Positions 30,572 to 40,818 of a stretch of DNA of 64,000 nt are shown here, one piece after another. Positions within the stretch are counted from its first letter, which is position 1; each line of letters opens with the position of its first letter. Both the position numbers and the translations under genes were made by a program. The notes beneath the pieces were generated by a model. That model had not been told where the DNA came from and did no database searches. It was given only the letters and a program-made list of their open reading frames with translations. The stretch comes from an uncultured Acidobacteriota bacterium (lineage in GTDB: Bacteria; Acidobacteriota; Vicinamibacteria; Fen-336), in assembly GCA_963720545.1 (NCBI GenBank), contig OY970399.1:1184001-1248000 (forward strand). Direction: 5' to 3'.

Positions 30572-32150
30572 ATGCCGAAGTGCACCATCAACGGCCGCGA
30601 GTTCGAGGTGGCGCCGGGGACCACCGTCATCCAGGCCGCCCTGGCCAACGGCATCGACATCCCGCATTTCTGCTGGCACCCCGACCTGGTGGTCGACGGC
30701 AACTGCCGCATGTGCCTGGTCGAAGTCGAGAAGATGCCCAAGCTGCAGATCGCCTGCAACACCCAGGTGACGGACGGCATGGTCATCACCACCAATTCGG
30801 AGAAGGCCTCCGATGCGCACCGCACCACCCTCGAGTTCCTGCTGGTCAACCATCCCATCGACTGCCCGGTCTGCGACCAGGCCGGCGAGTGCTACCTGCA
30901 GGACCAGTACATGGACCACGGACTGCACGAGTCGGAGGTGGAGGTCGAGGAGAAGGTGCACAAGCGCAAGGTGGTCGACCTCGGCCCCATCATGCTCGAC
31001 GCCGAGCGCTGCGTGCTGTGCTCGCGCTGCCTCCGCTACGAACGCGACGTCACCGCCACCAACAGCTTCGAGTTCAAGAACCGCGGCGACCACATGCAGA
31101 TCTCCACGTTCGAGGAGCGGCCGATCACCCACGACTACGCCGGCAACCTCGCCGACATCTGCCCGGTGGGGGCGCTGCTCTCGCACGACTTCCGCTTCAA
31201 GATGCGCGTCTGGTTCCTGAAAGAGACGGAATCGATCTGCCCCGGCTGCTCGACCGGCTGCAACATGTTCATCGACCATCGCGACGCCGAGGCGCAGCGC
31301 TTCCGCCCGCGCCGCAACCCCGCGGTCAACAAGTCGTGGATGTGCGACCCCGGACGCGCGCTCTACAAGGGGATCGGCGCGGCCTCGCGGCTGGCTTCGG
31401 CGCAGGTGCGCACCACAGCCGGCCTGCAGCCGTCTTCGCTCGACACGGCGCTCGAACAGGCGGCGACGCAGCTGCAGGCCGCCGGCAAGGCGTCGGCGTT
31501 CCTCGCGACCCCGCAGGCATCGAACGAGGACTTGTGGGCGTTCGCGCGGCTCGCGGACGGCATGCGGCGGCAAGCTCGACTTCCGCGTCGGCGACCCGCA
31601 GGACAAGCTCGAGGTGCGCCTCGACAACATCCTGCAGCACGCCGACCGCAACCCGAACACCCGCGGCTGCCTCGACCAGGGGCTCGGCCGCGACGGTGTC
31701 GAGGCCATCGTCTCCGCGTGCCGCAACGGCGACATCCGGGCGCTGGTGCTGCAAGGCCCCGAGCTGCTGCGCGACGCGGCGGTGGCCGAAGCCGTGGCGC
31801 GGGTGCCGTTCGTCGTGGTGATGGCGAGCCACGACGAAACCGCGCTGGCCGGCGCCAGCGTGGTGCTGCCCGCCGCCGCATGGGCCGAAACCGAGGGCAC
31901 CTTCACCAACTACCAGGGCCGCGTGCAGCGGTTCCGCAAGGCGTTTCCACCTCCCGGCGATGCGCGCGCCCGCTGGGAGCTCGCCGCGGCGCTCCTTTCG
32001 CGCCTCGGCGCGCCGCTCGCCGCGACGTCCGCGCGTGAGCTGTTCGCCTCGCTCGCGGCCGCGACTCCGGGATACGCCGGGCTCGACCTCAAGAGCGTCG
32101 GCTCCGAAGGCGCAGGGATTTCAGGAGCGGCGACAGGGGCTGCGCGATGA
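30572..32150 (+). CDS. nuoG: NADH-quinone oxidoreductase subunit G (short form); one frameshift near 31565
   Basis: Fe-S motifs HFCWH...GNCRMC, HPIDCPVCDQAGEC, RCVLCSRC...ICPVG, CPGCSTGC...MCD; second frame has VVLPAAAWAETEGTFTNYQGRVQ. Confidence 0.88.
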
Positions 32151-32758
32151 CGAACAACGTCGTGACGGTCAGCCGCGACACCCGGCCCGGCATCTACCCC
32201 ATCCTGCTCGGCATGAAGATCACGTTCATGAACATGGTGAAGGTGCTGTTCGCGCGCGGCGCCTCCACCATCCAGTTCCCCGAGCAGAAGCGCAACATCT
32301 CCACCCGCTACCGCGGCATCCACATCCTCACCGTGCGCCAGGACGGCACCCCCAAGTGCGTGGCCTGCTACATGTGCGCCACCGTGTGCCCGGCCGAATG
32401 CATCTACATCGAGTCCGGCGAGCGCCCGGAGAAGTCGATCGAGAAGTACCCGACGCGCTTCGAGATCGACCTGCTGCGTTGCGTCTATTGCGGTTTCTGC
32501 GTCGATGCCTGCCCCGAAGAGGCGATCATCATGAGCCGCGAGAACGACCTCGTCGGCACCTCGCGCGCCGAGCTCATCATCGACCGCGACCGCCTGATGG
32601 CGCGCGCCAAGGTCGCCGAGCAGGGCGCCGGCTACCGCCCCGACGAGCACGATTTCCGCCGCCCGGTGCGCATCGCGGCGCTCGAACGCCTGAAGAGCGA
32701 GCACGGCATCGTCCCCGGCATGCCGTCATCCCCTCGCGCCGGCGGCGGCTCCCGCTAA
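32147..32758 (+). CDS. nuoI: NADH-quinone oxidoreductase subunit I
   Basis: RYRGIH, CVACYMCATVCP, CVYCGFCVDACP. Confidence 0.93.
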   Translation: MTNNVVTVSRDTRPGIYPILLGMKITFMNMVKVLFARGASTIQFPEQKRNISTRYRGIHILTVRQDGTPKCVACYMCATVCPAECIYIESGERPEKSIEKYPTRFEIDLLRCVYCGFCVDACPEEAIIMSRENDLVGTSRAELIIDRDRLMARAKVAEQGAGYRPDEHDFRRPVRIAALERLKSEHGIVPGMPSSPRAGGGSR

Positions 32759-32862
32759 AAAAGGTATCATTTGCGCCGTCCGCGCCTGGTTTTGGCGGAT
32801 GGGCGGGTCCTGGTCGCGGCGGCCGGGTCGCTTGGCCTTGAAAAGGCGTGGAAACGACCGAA

Positions 32863-34854
32863 ATGGGACACCGCAACACGATCCTCGGCCTGGGCCTGCT
32901 CGCCGCTCTCTCGGCCGGTCCCGGCCGTGTCGCGCAAGCGCACGAAGGTGCGCGCCACAAGGCGGCCCCGGGGCGGGTCGATGCCCATTGGAAGGAAGAC
33001 TTTGGCTTCGCCGGGTTCAAGACACTCGACCGCCAATTGCAGCAGGCGTGGAACGCTTATGGCGGCGCAGCGCCATCGCAGGGCGCTGCAGGCGCATCTC
33101 AATCGCAGGGCTCGGGCAGCGCGGCGAATGCCGTATTTCACCCACCCCGCGCCATCGCCGCCGCGGCGGCGGTAAACGCGCCCGACACCACAGGCTCGTG
33201 GTCGGAGGTCTTCGATTCGCCGGTGGTCGCGGTGCAGGCGACCCTGCTGCAGGACGGCACGCTCCTCATCTGGGACTCGATCGGCGACTCACCCGACGAG
33301 CAGCACCAGGCGCACACGTTCACGCGCGCGGCCATCTGGGACCCGGCCAGCAACACCTTCACGCGGATCGATTCGCACACCGGCTACAACCTGTTCTGCG
33401 CCGGCTTCGCACACCTGCCGAACGGCCGCATCCTCATCGCGGGCGGCAACAAGGACTCGGAACAAAACGGCATCGACACCATCCACATCTACGATCCGGC
33501 AACGCGTACCTGGAGCCTCAGCCCACTGCGCATGGGCGGCGAGCGCTGGTACCCGTCGGTGACGCCGCTCGCGAACGGCGAGTCGCTCATCACCTCCGGC
33601 CGCTACGACACCCCCGAGGTGTTTGCACCCGACGGCAGCCTGCGCGCGCTGACCCGCGCGGTGCTGAAGCAGCCGTTCTATCCGTGGATCCACGCAGCGC
33701 CCGACGGCCGCGCCTTCAACTTCGGCCCCGACGACGCGCTGCGCTACCTCGACACGCGCGGCGCCGGTGGTTGGAGCAGGGTCGGCCCGCGCGGCGATGG
33801 CATCGAGCGCGGCTACGGGTCATTCGGCCTCTACGACGTCGGCCGCGTGCTGGCTGCCGGCGGCGAGAAGTCGGTGCACAGCGCCATGGTCATCGACTTC
33901 GCCGACCCGAACGCGCGGCCGGTCTCGCGCCGCACCGCCGACATGGCGTACGGCCGCCGCCAGCACAACCTCACGGTGCTGCCCGACGGCACCTCGCTCG
34001 TGACCGGCGGCAACTCGAGCGGCGCCATCCTCGTCGACAAGAACGCGCCGGTCTATCCCGCCGAGCTGTGGAATCCGTGGACCGGGAAATGGACCACGAT
34101 GGCGGCCGCGCAGCGCACGCGCCAGTATCACTCGACGGCGATCCTGCTTCCCGACGCGCGCGTCTTTACGGGCGGCGGCGGCATCTGCGGCACCTGCTTC
34201 GAGGCGGGCTATCTCGAGCGCAACTACGAGATCTACAGCCCGCCGTATCTCTTCCGCAAGGATGGCTCGGGCCAGCTCGCCACGCGGCCGTCGATCACGT
34301 CCGTGCCGGCCGGCGTCGCCTACGACGAGGCGTTCCTGGTGGTCACGCCAGACGCCGCGCGCATCGCCGGCGCCGTCATGATGCGCGTGCCTTCGGTCAC
34401 CCATTCGATCGACTTCGAGCAGCGGCGCGTGCCTCTGCGCTACTCGCTCGAGGCGGACGACGCAGGCCTGCGGGTGAGAGCGCCAGCCAATGCCAACGTC
34501 GCGCCGCCCGGCTACTACATGCTGTTCCTGCTGGACGGCAGCGGCGTGCCGTCGGTGGCGAAGATCCTGTTCGTGGCGCCGGGCCAGGGCCTCGCGGCAC
34601 CGATGCTGCTCACCGCCATTCCCAGCCGCAGCGGTGCCAGCCTTTCGTGGATCGGCGCGCCCGGAGCGCGTGGCTACGACGTCTGGTACGGCGCGTCGGC
34701 GAACGTCCTCGACCAGCGCGTCTCGACCAGCAGCACCCGCGCGAGCGTCGGCCGGCTCGCGTCCGGACGCCAATACTTCTTTGCAGTGGTAGCGCGCAAC
34801 GACACCGACGTCTCAGGGCCGTCGAATGTACTGGCCGCGAGTACCTCGCCATGA
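32863..34854 (+). CDS. Secreted copper radical oxidase (galactose/glyoxal oxidase, AA5) with DUF1929 and FN3-like C-terminus
   Basis: Signal peptide; LFCAG, RWYPS, RQYHS, VTHS motifs; APPGYYMLF; Kelch-like repeats. Confidence 0.88.
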   Translation: MGHRNTILGLGLLAALSAGPGRVAQAHEGARHKAAPGRVDAHWKEDFGFAGFKTLDRQLQQAWNAYGGAAPSQGAAGASQSQGSGSAANAVFHPPRAIAAAAAVNAPDTTGSWSEVFDSPVVAVQATLLQDGTLLIWDSIGDSPDEQHQAHTFTRAAIWDPASNTFTRIDSHTGYNLFCAGFAHLPNGRILIAGGNKDSEQNGIDTIHIYDPATRTWSLSPLRMGGERWYPSVTPLANGESLITSGRYDTPEVFAPDGSLRALTRAVLKQPFYPWIHAAPDGRAFNFGPDDALRYLDTRGAGGWSRVGPRGDGIERGYGSFGLYDVGRVLAAGGEKSVHSAMVIDFADPNARPVSRRTADMAYGRRQHNLTVLPDGTSLVTGGNSSGAILVDKNAPVYPAELWNPWTGKWTTMAAAQRTRQYHSTAILLPDARVFTGGGGICGTCFEAGYLERNYEIYSPPYLFRKDGSGQLATRPSITSVPAGVAYDEAFLVVTPDAARIAGAVMMRVPSVTHSIDFEQRRVPLRYSLEADDAGLRVRAPANANVAPPGYYMLFLLDGSGVPSVAKILFVAPGQGLAAPMLLTAIPSRSGASLSWIGAPGARGYDVWYGASANVLDQRVSTSSTRASVGRLASGRQYFFAVVARNDTDVSGPSNVLAASTSP

Positions 34855-34890
34855 CCGCGCCTTGACAGCACAGCACCGGGAGAGACATCA

Positions 34891-35256
34891 ATGAGCGACC
34901 GAGTCGTCCTTGCCGAGGACGACGCCCTGACCGCATCCTTGTTGCTTGCCCTGCTCAGGCCGATCACGAGCGATGTCGTGCACGTCACCGACGGCACCGA
35001 AGCGATGGACGCGATCGACGCGCTTCCCGACCTCCTGATCCTCGACCTCAATCTGCCAAACCGCACCGGCCTCGAGGTGCTGCGCACCATGCGCAACCGC
35101 AAGGAGACGGCGAAGATCCCGGTGCTGGTCGTGTCCGCGCACGACCAGGCCGACACCCGGGAACGGGTCGACCGGCACGGCGCCGAGTTCCTGGCTAAGC
35201 CCATCCGGCCCGACACCTTCCAGACCACCGTGCGCCGGCTGCTCGAGAAATCATGA
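34891..35256 (+). CDS. Single-domain response regulator (REC)
   Basis: LAEDD, LILDLNLP, VVSA, LAKP. Confidence 0.9.
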   Translation: MSDRVVLAEDDALTASLLLALLRPITSDVVHVTDGTEAMDAIDALPDLLILDLNLPNRTGLEVLRTMRNRKETAKIPVLVVSAHDQADTRERVDRHGAEFLAKPIRPDTFQTTVRRLLEKS

Positions 35257-36368
35257 CGCTCCCCGACTGGGCCGGACCGTTTTCGGGCGTGCTGCACCCG
35301 CGCGAGGCCGTGGACTGGATCGCTCTCTTCGTGCTGCTCGGCTTTTTCCTGGTGCTTGCCATGAGCCTGGCGCTGCTGGTGCACCATTGGGTGTCGGCGG
35401 CGCGCAAGCGCCGCCGCGCGCAGGCGCTCGCCGACGCCGGTGCGCTCATCACGCGCGCGCTGCCCGACGGCATGGACAGCCTGCGCGCGGCGGCCGGCAC
35501 CGCCAACGCCTCGATCGGCGCAGGCGCCACCGGCCAGGTGTTGCGCGAGCTGCGGCTGCTGGTCGTCGGCCCGACCCGCGAGAGCCTCACGGCGCTGCTC
35601 GAAGCGAGCGGCGAGCTGGCACGCATGGAGCGCGCGGCGCATTCCTGGCGCGCCTGGAGGCGGGTGCAGGCGGCCAAGGACCTCGGCGATTCCGGCGGCC
35701 GCCGCGCGCTGCTGGCGCTGCGCGGGCTGCTGCAAGACCGCGACGCGGCGGTGCGCGCCGCGGCGCGCGAGGCGCTCGCCGGCCACGAGGACGGCGCCGC
35801 CGATGCGCTCGCGTCCTTCATCGCCGACCCGGCGCGGCCGCGCGCGCACCATTCGTCGGTGATCGCCAAGATCTCGCGGGTCTCCGCCTCGGTGCTGCGC
35901 GAGGAGCTGGCAACCGGACGCGCCGATGCCCACCTGCTGCTCGTCGGCCTCGCGGCGCTCGGCGACGTGCGCGATGGCCGCAGCGCCGACCTGGCGCGGG
36001 CGTCGGCGCACTCGCCCGATCCCGACCTGCGCGCCTTGTCGCTGCGTATGCTCGGCCAGCTGCGCGCCGCGGGCGCGGAGCAGGCGCTGCTCGCGGGGCT
36101 GAAGGACGCCACCTGGTTCGTGCGCGCCGCCGCGGCGCGTGCGCTCGGCGCCTTTCCGGCGAACGAGCGGCTCATCGCGGCGCTGGGCGGCGCCCTCCAC
36201 GATCCGGCCTGGTGGGTGCGGCAGAACGCCGCAAGTGCCCTCGCCCGGCATCCCGCGGCGCATGCGCGGCTGCGCGAGGCCGCCGCCGGCACCACCGATC
36301 CCTACGCCCGCGACGCGGCCGAGACGGCGCTCCTCAACGCCTCGCTCGAGGAGGTGCTCGCCTCATGA
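35253..36368 (+). CDS. Membrane-anchored HEAT repeat protein
   Basis: N-terminal TM; repeats LQDRDAAVRAAAREAL, LKDATWFVRAAAARALG, LHDPAWWVRQNAASAL. Confidence 0.85.
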   Translation: MTLPDWAGPFSGVLHPREAVDWIALFVLLGFFLVLAMSLALLVHHWVSAARKRRRAQALADAGALITRALPDGMDSLRAAAGTANASIGAGATGQVLRELRLLVVGPTRESLTALLEASGELARMERAAHSWRAWRRVQAAKDLGDSGGRRALLALRGLLQDRDAAVRAAAREALAGHEDGAADALASFIADPARPRAHHSSVIAKISRVSASVLREELATGRADAHLLLVGLAALGDVRDGRSADLARASAHSPDPDLRALSLRMLGQLRAAGAEQALLAGLKDATWFVRAAAARALGAFPANERLIAALGGALHDPAWWVRQNAASALARHPAAHARLREAAAGTTDPYARDAAETALLNASLEEVLAS

Positions 36369-37834
36369 CGTTGACCGTCGCCGGCCTGCAGTGGCTCGAG
36401 CGCGCCATCCTCGTGTACTTCGCGCTGATGAACTCGGCCTACCTGATCTTCTCGGTGGTGGCGGCGTTCGCGCTCATCGCGCACCAGCGCCGGGTGCGCA
36501 GCCGCGCCGCCGACGTCAACGCTTTTGGCGAGGCGGCGTTCCGGCCGATCTCGGTGATCGTGCCGGCGCGCAACGAGGAAGCAACGATCGCCGCCAACGT
36601 GCGCGCGCTCCTGACCATGCGCTATCCGGAGTTCGAGATCGTTGTGGTGAGCGACGGCTCGACCGACCACACGCTGCAGGTACTGCGCGATGCCTTCGAC
36701 CTGGTGCCGGCGCCGCAGGCGACGCGCCGCCAGCTCGAGACGAACCCGATCCGCCTCACCTACGTGTCGCGCGACCACATGAACCTGCGCGTCATCGACA
36801 AGGTTGGCGGCGGCAAGAGCGATGCCCTCAACGCCGGCCTGAACGCCGCCAAGTACCCATTTGTCTGCAACATCGACGCCGACTCGCTGCTCGAGCCCGA
36901 CGCGCTGCTGCGGGTCGCGCGCATCCTGGGTGAGGACGAGGACGTGGACGCGGTCGGCGGCATCATCCGCGTGCTGAACGGCTCGACGGTGAAGGACGGC
37001 CGGGTGGTGGACGTCTCGACCGAGCCGAAGCCGATCGTCCTGTGCCAGACGCTCGAGTACCTGCGCGGGTTCCTCGCCGGGCGCACCGCGCTGGGCGCCG
37101 CCAACTCCCTGCTCATCATCTCCGGCGCCTTCGGCGTGTTCCGCAAGAAGGCGCTGTTCGAGGCTGGCGGCTACAGCGTCGGCACCGTGTGCGAGGACAT
37201 GGAGCTGATCGTGCGCCTGCATCGCACCGCGCGCGAGGGACGCAAGGGCGGCAAGATCCTGTTCGTGCCCGATCCCGTGTGCTGGACCCAGGTACCGACC
37301 GACTGGCGCTTCCTGCTGGCGCAGCGCGACCGCTGGCAACGCGGTCTCATCGAAAGCCTGTGGATGCACCGCGCGATGTTCATGAACCCGCGCTACGGTG
37401 CCGTTGGCCTGTTCGGCGTGCCGTTCTTCGTGTTCTTCGAGGCGTTCGGCCCGGTGATCGAGGCGTTCGGCTACGTGCTGGTGCCGGTGCTCTGGTTCAT
37501 GGGGCTGCTGAGCGTGCCGTTCGCCACCTTGTTCGTGATCCTCGCCATCCTCTACGGCACCCTGATCTCTTTGTGCGCTCTGGTGCTCGACGACCTGCTG
37601 TTCCGCCGCTACGAGCGGCCGCGCGACATCGGCCGCCTGATCGCCGCGGCGTTCCTCGAATACCTCGGCTACCGCCAGGTGCTGGCGCTGCGCCGCGCGG
37701 CCTCCTTCATCTCGGTGTTCGTGAAGCGCGGCTGGGGCCACACCAAGCGCCAGGCCATCGCCCACGGCGAACGCACGGCGCCCGCGAACGGGGGTCCGGC
37801 GGCCCCGGCCAAGCTCGAGGACGACGCAACATGA
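36365..37834 (+). CDS. Processive family 2 glycosyltransferase (PgaC/IcaA-like)
   Basis: Start re-called at ATG 36365; VPARNEE, DGSTD, GGKSDALN, DADS, CEDME, QRDRW; flanking TM helices. Confidence 0.92.
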   Translation: MTLTVAGLQWLERAILVYFALMNSAYLIFSVVAAFALIAHQRRVRSRAADVNAFGEAAFRPISVIVPARNEEATIAANVRALLTMRYPEFEIVVVSDGSTDHTLQVLRDAFDLVPAPQATRRQLETNPIRLTYVSRDHMNLRVIDKVGGGKSDALNAGLNAAKYPFVCNIDADSLLEPDALLRVARILGEDEDVDAVGGIIRVLNGSTVKDGRVVDVSTEPKPIVLCQTLEYLRGFLAGRTALGAANSLLIISGAFGVFRKKALFEAGGYSVGTVCEDMELIVRLHRTAREGRKGGKILFVPDPVCWTQVPTDWRFLLAQRDRWQRGLIESLWMHRAMFMNPRYGAVGLFGVPFFVFFEAFGPVIEAFGYVLVPVLWFMGLLSVPFATLFVILAILYGTLISLCALVLDDLLFRRYERPRDIGRLIAAAFLEYLGYRQVLALRRAASFISVFVKRGWGHTKRQAIAHGERTAPANGGPAAPAKLEDDAT

Positions 37835-39534
37835 AGCGGCAGCTTCTCGCCCTGGCACTCGCGTGCGCCGCTGCCTGCCTGCCGGCGGCCGCGGTGCTGG
37901 CCGACGACGACGCGCAACTGGCGCAAGCCTTGAGCCTGCGCGACAGCGGCGACGTGAAAGGCGCGATCAGGATCTACCGCACGCTCCTCGACGGCGAGCG
38001 CAGCGAACGCGCGCGCAACGGCCTCGCCATCGCACTCTCATGGGACGGCAAGAACGACGAGGCGCTCGACAACTACCGGATCCTGGCTGGCGCGAAGGAC
38101 GTCGAGGTGAGCCTCATCGGCCGGCGCGGCGTGGTGCGGGTGCTCGGCTGGCAGAAGCGCTACGGCGCCTCGGCCAAGGAAGCGCACGCGATCCTCGCCG
38201 ACCATCCGGACGACCGCGACACGCTGCTGCTGCTCGGCGCCGTCGAGGGCTGGCGCAACCACCGCGTGCAGTCGCTCGCGGCCTACGACCAGCTGCTGAA
38301 GGAGGAACCGCACGACGTCGATGCCCTCATCGGCCGCGCCAAGACGCTCGCCTGGACCGGCCGCTTCCGCGAGTCGCGCCAGGCCTACGAAACGCTGCTC
38401 GCGCAGGACCCGCAGCACGTCGAGGCGCTCGTCGGCCTCACCTACGTGGAGATGTGGACCGCCAACCTGCCGCGTGCGCAGGAGGTGTTCGAACGGCTCG
38501 GCGTTTCCGACCGCGACCGCCGCGACGTGCGCATCGTCGCGGCAGCGCTGCTGCGCGCCCGGCTCGAGAACCCGCGCTACCAGGAGAGCCTGGCCGGCCT
38601 GCGCGACTCCTTCCCCGGCGACCCCGACGTGCGCCGCATGGTGCACCAGTCGCGCATCGACCGCGGCCTCGCCCTCGACGCAGGCGGCGCCTATTCGAAG
38701 ACGAGCGAAGACCTGGAAACGCGCACAGCGGCTGGACGACTATTGCTGCCGCTGGGCCACGGCGGCTTCGCGAGCGCCGGCGCCGCACACACGAGCCTCG
38801 AGACGCCATTCGACAGCGCCGACGTGGACAGTTGGCGCCTCGGCGCGCGCATCGACGGCGTGCGCCGTTTCCTCTTCGATCTCGGCGCCGGGCGCAAGAC
38901 CGCGGAGCCGGACCGGGGCGGCGGCACGTTCGACGTGGGCGCAGGCTGGCGCGCGTCCGACCGCCTCAACCTCGCCGCTTCCTATGAGCGCGACTTTGCC
39001 TTTTACACGCCGACCGCGGTGGACCGTGACGTGCGCTACCACGGTCCCGTGCTGTCGCTGTTGTGGACGCCGCGCGCCGCGATCGCCTTGACCGCATCGG
39101 TGTCGCGCACCACTTTCGAGCCGAGCGGCGCATTGCCGCACCACCGCAAGGCCGCGAATGCCGAGCTGCGCTTCACCGCGGCCGAGCATCCCGTATGGCT
39201 GGAACTGGGGGTGCGCGGCCGCGCCTTCAACTTCGACCGGACCTACGGCGATGTTGGTTACTGGAATCCGCTGCGGATGCGCGAAGGAATGATCGTGGCG
39301 GCGCTGGTGCGCGACAAGGGCGAGATGTTCCGCGGCCGCCTCGACGGCGGCTTCGGCGTGATCCACGCAACCGACATCGGCACTCGCGCCACCGGCTTCA
39401 TCCGCTTCGAGTTCGCGCGCGCCCTCAGCGAGCACATCGACCTCGCCGGCTGGGCCGGCTACTATCGGGTGTCGCAGGAAACCGGGTTCTATGACGAGCG
39501 CACGGCGCGCCTCGGGCTCGTCATCCACCCGTAG
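37831..39534 (+). CDS. TPR plus outer-membrane beta-barrel protein (PgaA/YaiO-like export pore)
   Basis: Start re-called at ATG 37831; signal peptide, TPRs with LSW.G / LAW.G motifs, alternating beta-strand C-terminal half. Confidence 0.72.
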   Translation: MKRQLLALALACAAACLPAAAVLADDDAQLAQALSLRDSGDVKGAIRIYRTLLDGERSERARNGLAIALSWDGKNDEALDNYRILAGAKDVEVSLIGRRGVVRVLGWQKRYGASAKEAHAILADHPDDRDTLLLLGAVEGWRNHRVQSLAAYDQLLKEEPHDVDALIGRAKTLAWTGRFRESRQAYETLLAQDPQHVEALVGLTYVEMWTANLPRAQEVFERLGVSDRDRRDVRIVAAALLRARLENPRYQESLAGLRDSFPGDPDVRRMVHQSRIDRGLALDAGGAYSKTSEDLETRTAAGRLLLPLGHGGFASAGAAHTSLETPFDSADVDSWRLGARIDGVRRFLFDLGAGRKTAEPDRGGGTFDVGAGWRASDRLNLAASYERDFAFYTPTAVDRDVRYHGPVLSLLWTPRAAIALTASVSRTTFEPSGALPHHRKAANAELRFTAAEHPVWLELGVRGRAFNFDRTYGDVGYWNPLRMREGMIVAALVRDKGEMFRGRLDGGFGVIHATDIGTRATGFIRFEFARALSEHIDLAGWAGYYRVSQETGFYDERTARLGLVIHP

Positions 39535-40818
39535 CGCGCGGGGGCAGGCGCCGCGTGCGGTCCGCGAACAGCACGGTGCCGATCGCGAGCATTACCAGCA
39601 GCATCCACGCCTGGCGCAGCGGCCGCGTCCACAGCATGTAGGCGCAGAAGCCGAACGCCAGCGTCACGACGAGCGGCGCCAGCGGCAGGCGGAACGCCGG
39701 CGCGCGTTCCGGCCACTTCTGGCGCAGGCGCAGGACCGCGATCGCGACGAGCGCGTAGGTCACGAGCCGCACGATGGCTGAGAGCACCGCGTTGCTCGCG
39801 AAGCTGCCGAACAGCGAGAACGCGAGCGAGGCCGCGGCGAACAGCAGGATCGCGACGTACGGGGTGCGGAAGCGCGCGTGCACGCGGCCGAAGAACGGCG
39901 ACAGGTCGCCTTCTTCCGACATCGAATAGAGGGTGCGCGGCGACGTGAGCAAGGCGCCGGTGGCCCAGCCGTAGACCGAGACCATCGCTGCGATGCTCGC
40001 GAACGCGATGCCGGCAGGGCCGAGCACCACCGCCATGGCTGCCGCGATCGGCGCCTTCTCGGCGCCCACCCGCGGCACGATGCCCACCACCGCCAGCTGC
40101 ACCAGCGTGTAGACGATGCCGATCGCGAGCAGCCCGGCGAGCAGCGCGAAGGCGGAATCCTTGCGCGGGTTCTTCGCCTCGCTCGCCGGCACCAGCGCCG
40201 ACTCGAAGCCGCCGAAAGCAAAGATCAGCAGCAGCACCGCCTGCTGCCAGTCGGGGTGCGCCACCGCCTGGCTTGCGAGCACCTCGCGGCTGATGCGCGG
40301 CAGCGCCAGCAGCACGAGGAACGCGAGCGGCAGCAGCTTGGCGATGACGAAGAAATCGACGGTCCACGCCGCGCGCTTGACGCCGGCGACGTTGACGGCG
40401 GTGACGATGGCGAGCACCACCACCATCACCACGGCGCGCCCGGCGCCGGCGCCGGCACGCGGCACGATCTGCGCGAGGTAGTCGACGAAGACGTTGAGGT
40501 TCGCGGCCACCGAGGTGACGCGGATCCAGAAGGACAGCCATCCCGCCTGGAAGCCGACGAACCCGCCGAACGCCTCGCGCGCGTAGAGGTAGACGCCGCC
40601 CGGCTTTCGAAGCGGCTTGCGACCTCGCTGAAGCAGAACACGATCGTCAGGATGGCGGTGCCCGCGACCACGTAGACGAGCGGGCTCCACACACCGGTGA
40701 GGGCGGCGATGGTCGCCGGCATGCCGAAGATCGAGCTGCCGACGACCGAGTTGACGACCGAGGCGGTGAGGTCGGTGCGGGTGATCGCCCGAACGAGGTC
40801 CGTTCGGGCCGGCTTCAC
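39521..40818 (-). CDS. APC family amino acid permease; one frameshift near 40606
   Basis: GTG 40818 LVRAIT...VVGSSIFG...FSEVASRF joins KPGGVYLYAREAFG, FAFGGFES, EAKNPRK. Confidence 0.87.

Noticed and set aside
34759..34770. GCGTCCGGACGC as a fifth copy of the HNH palindrome
   Set aside because: Only a 12-bp GC-rich core inside a CDS, without the ACT/CAGT arms; plausible by chance.
6750..40610. Programmed frameshifting or true pseudogenes at the split genes
   Set aside because: No slippery heptamers seen, the genes are unrelated and show no further decay; sequencing indels are simpler.
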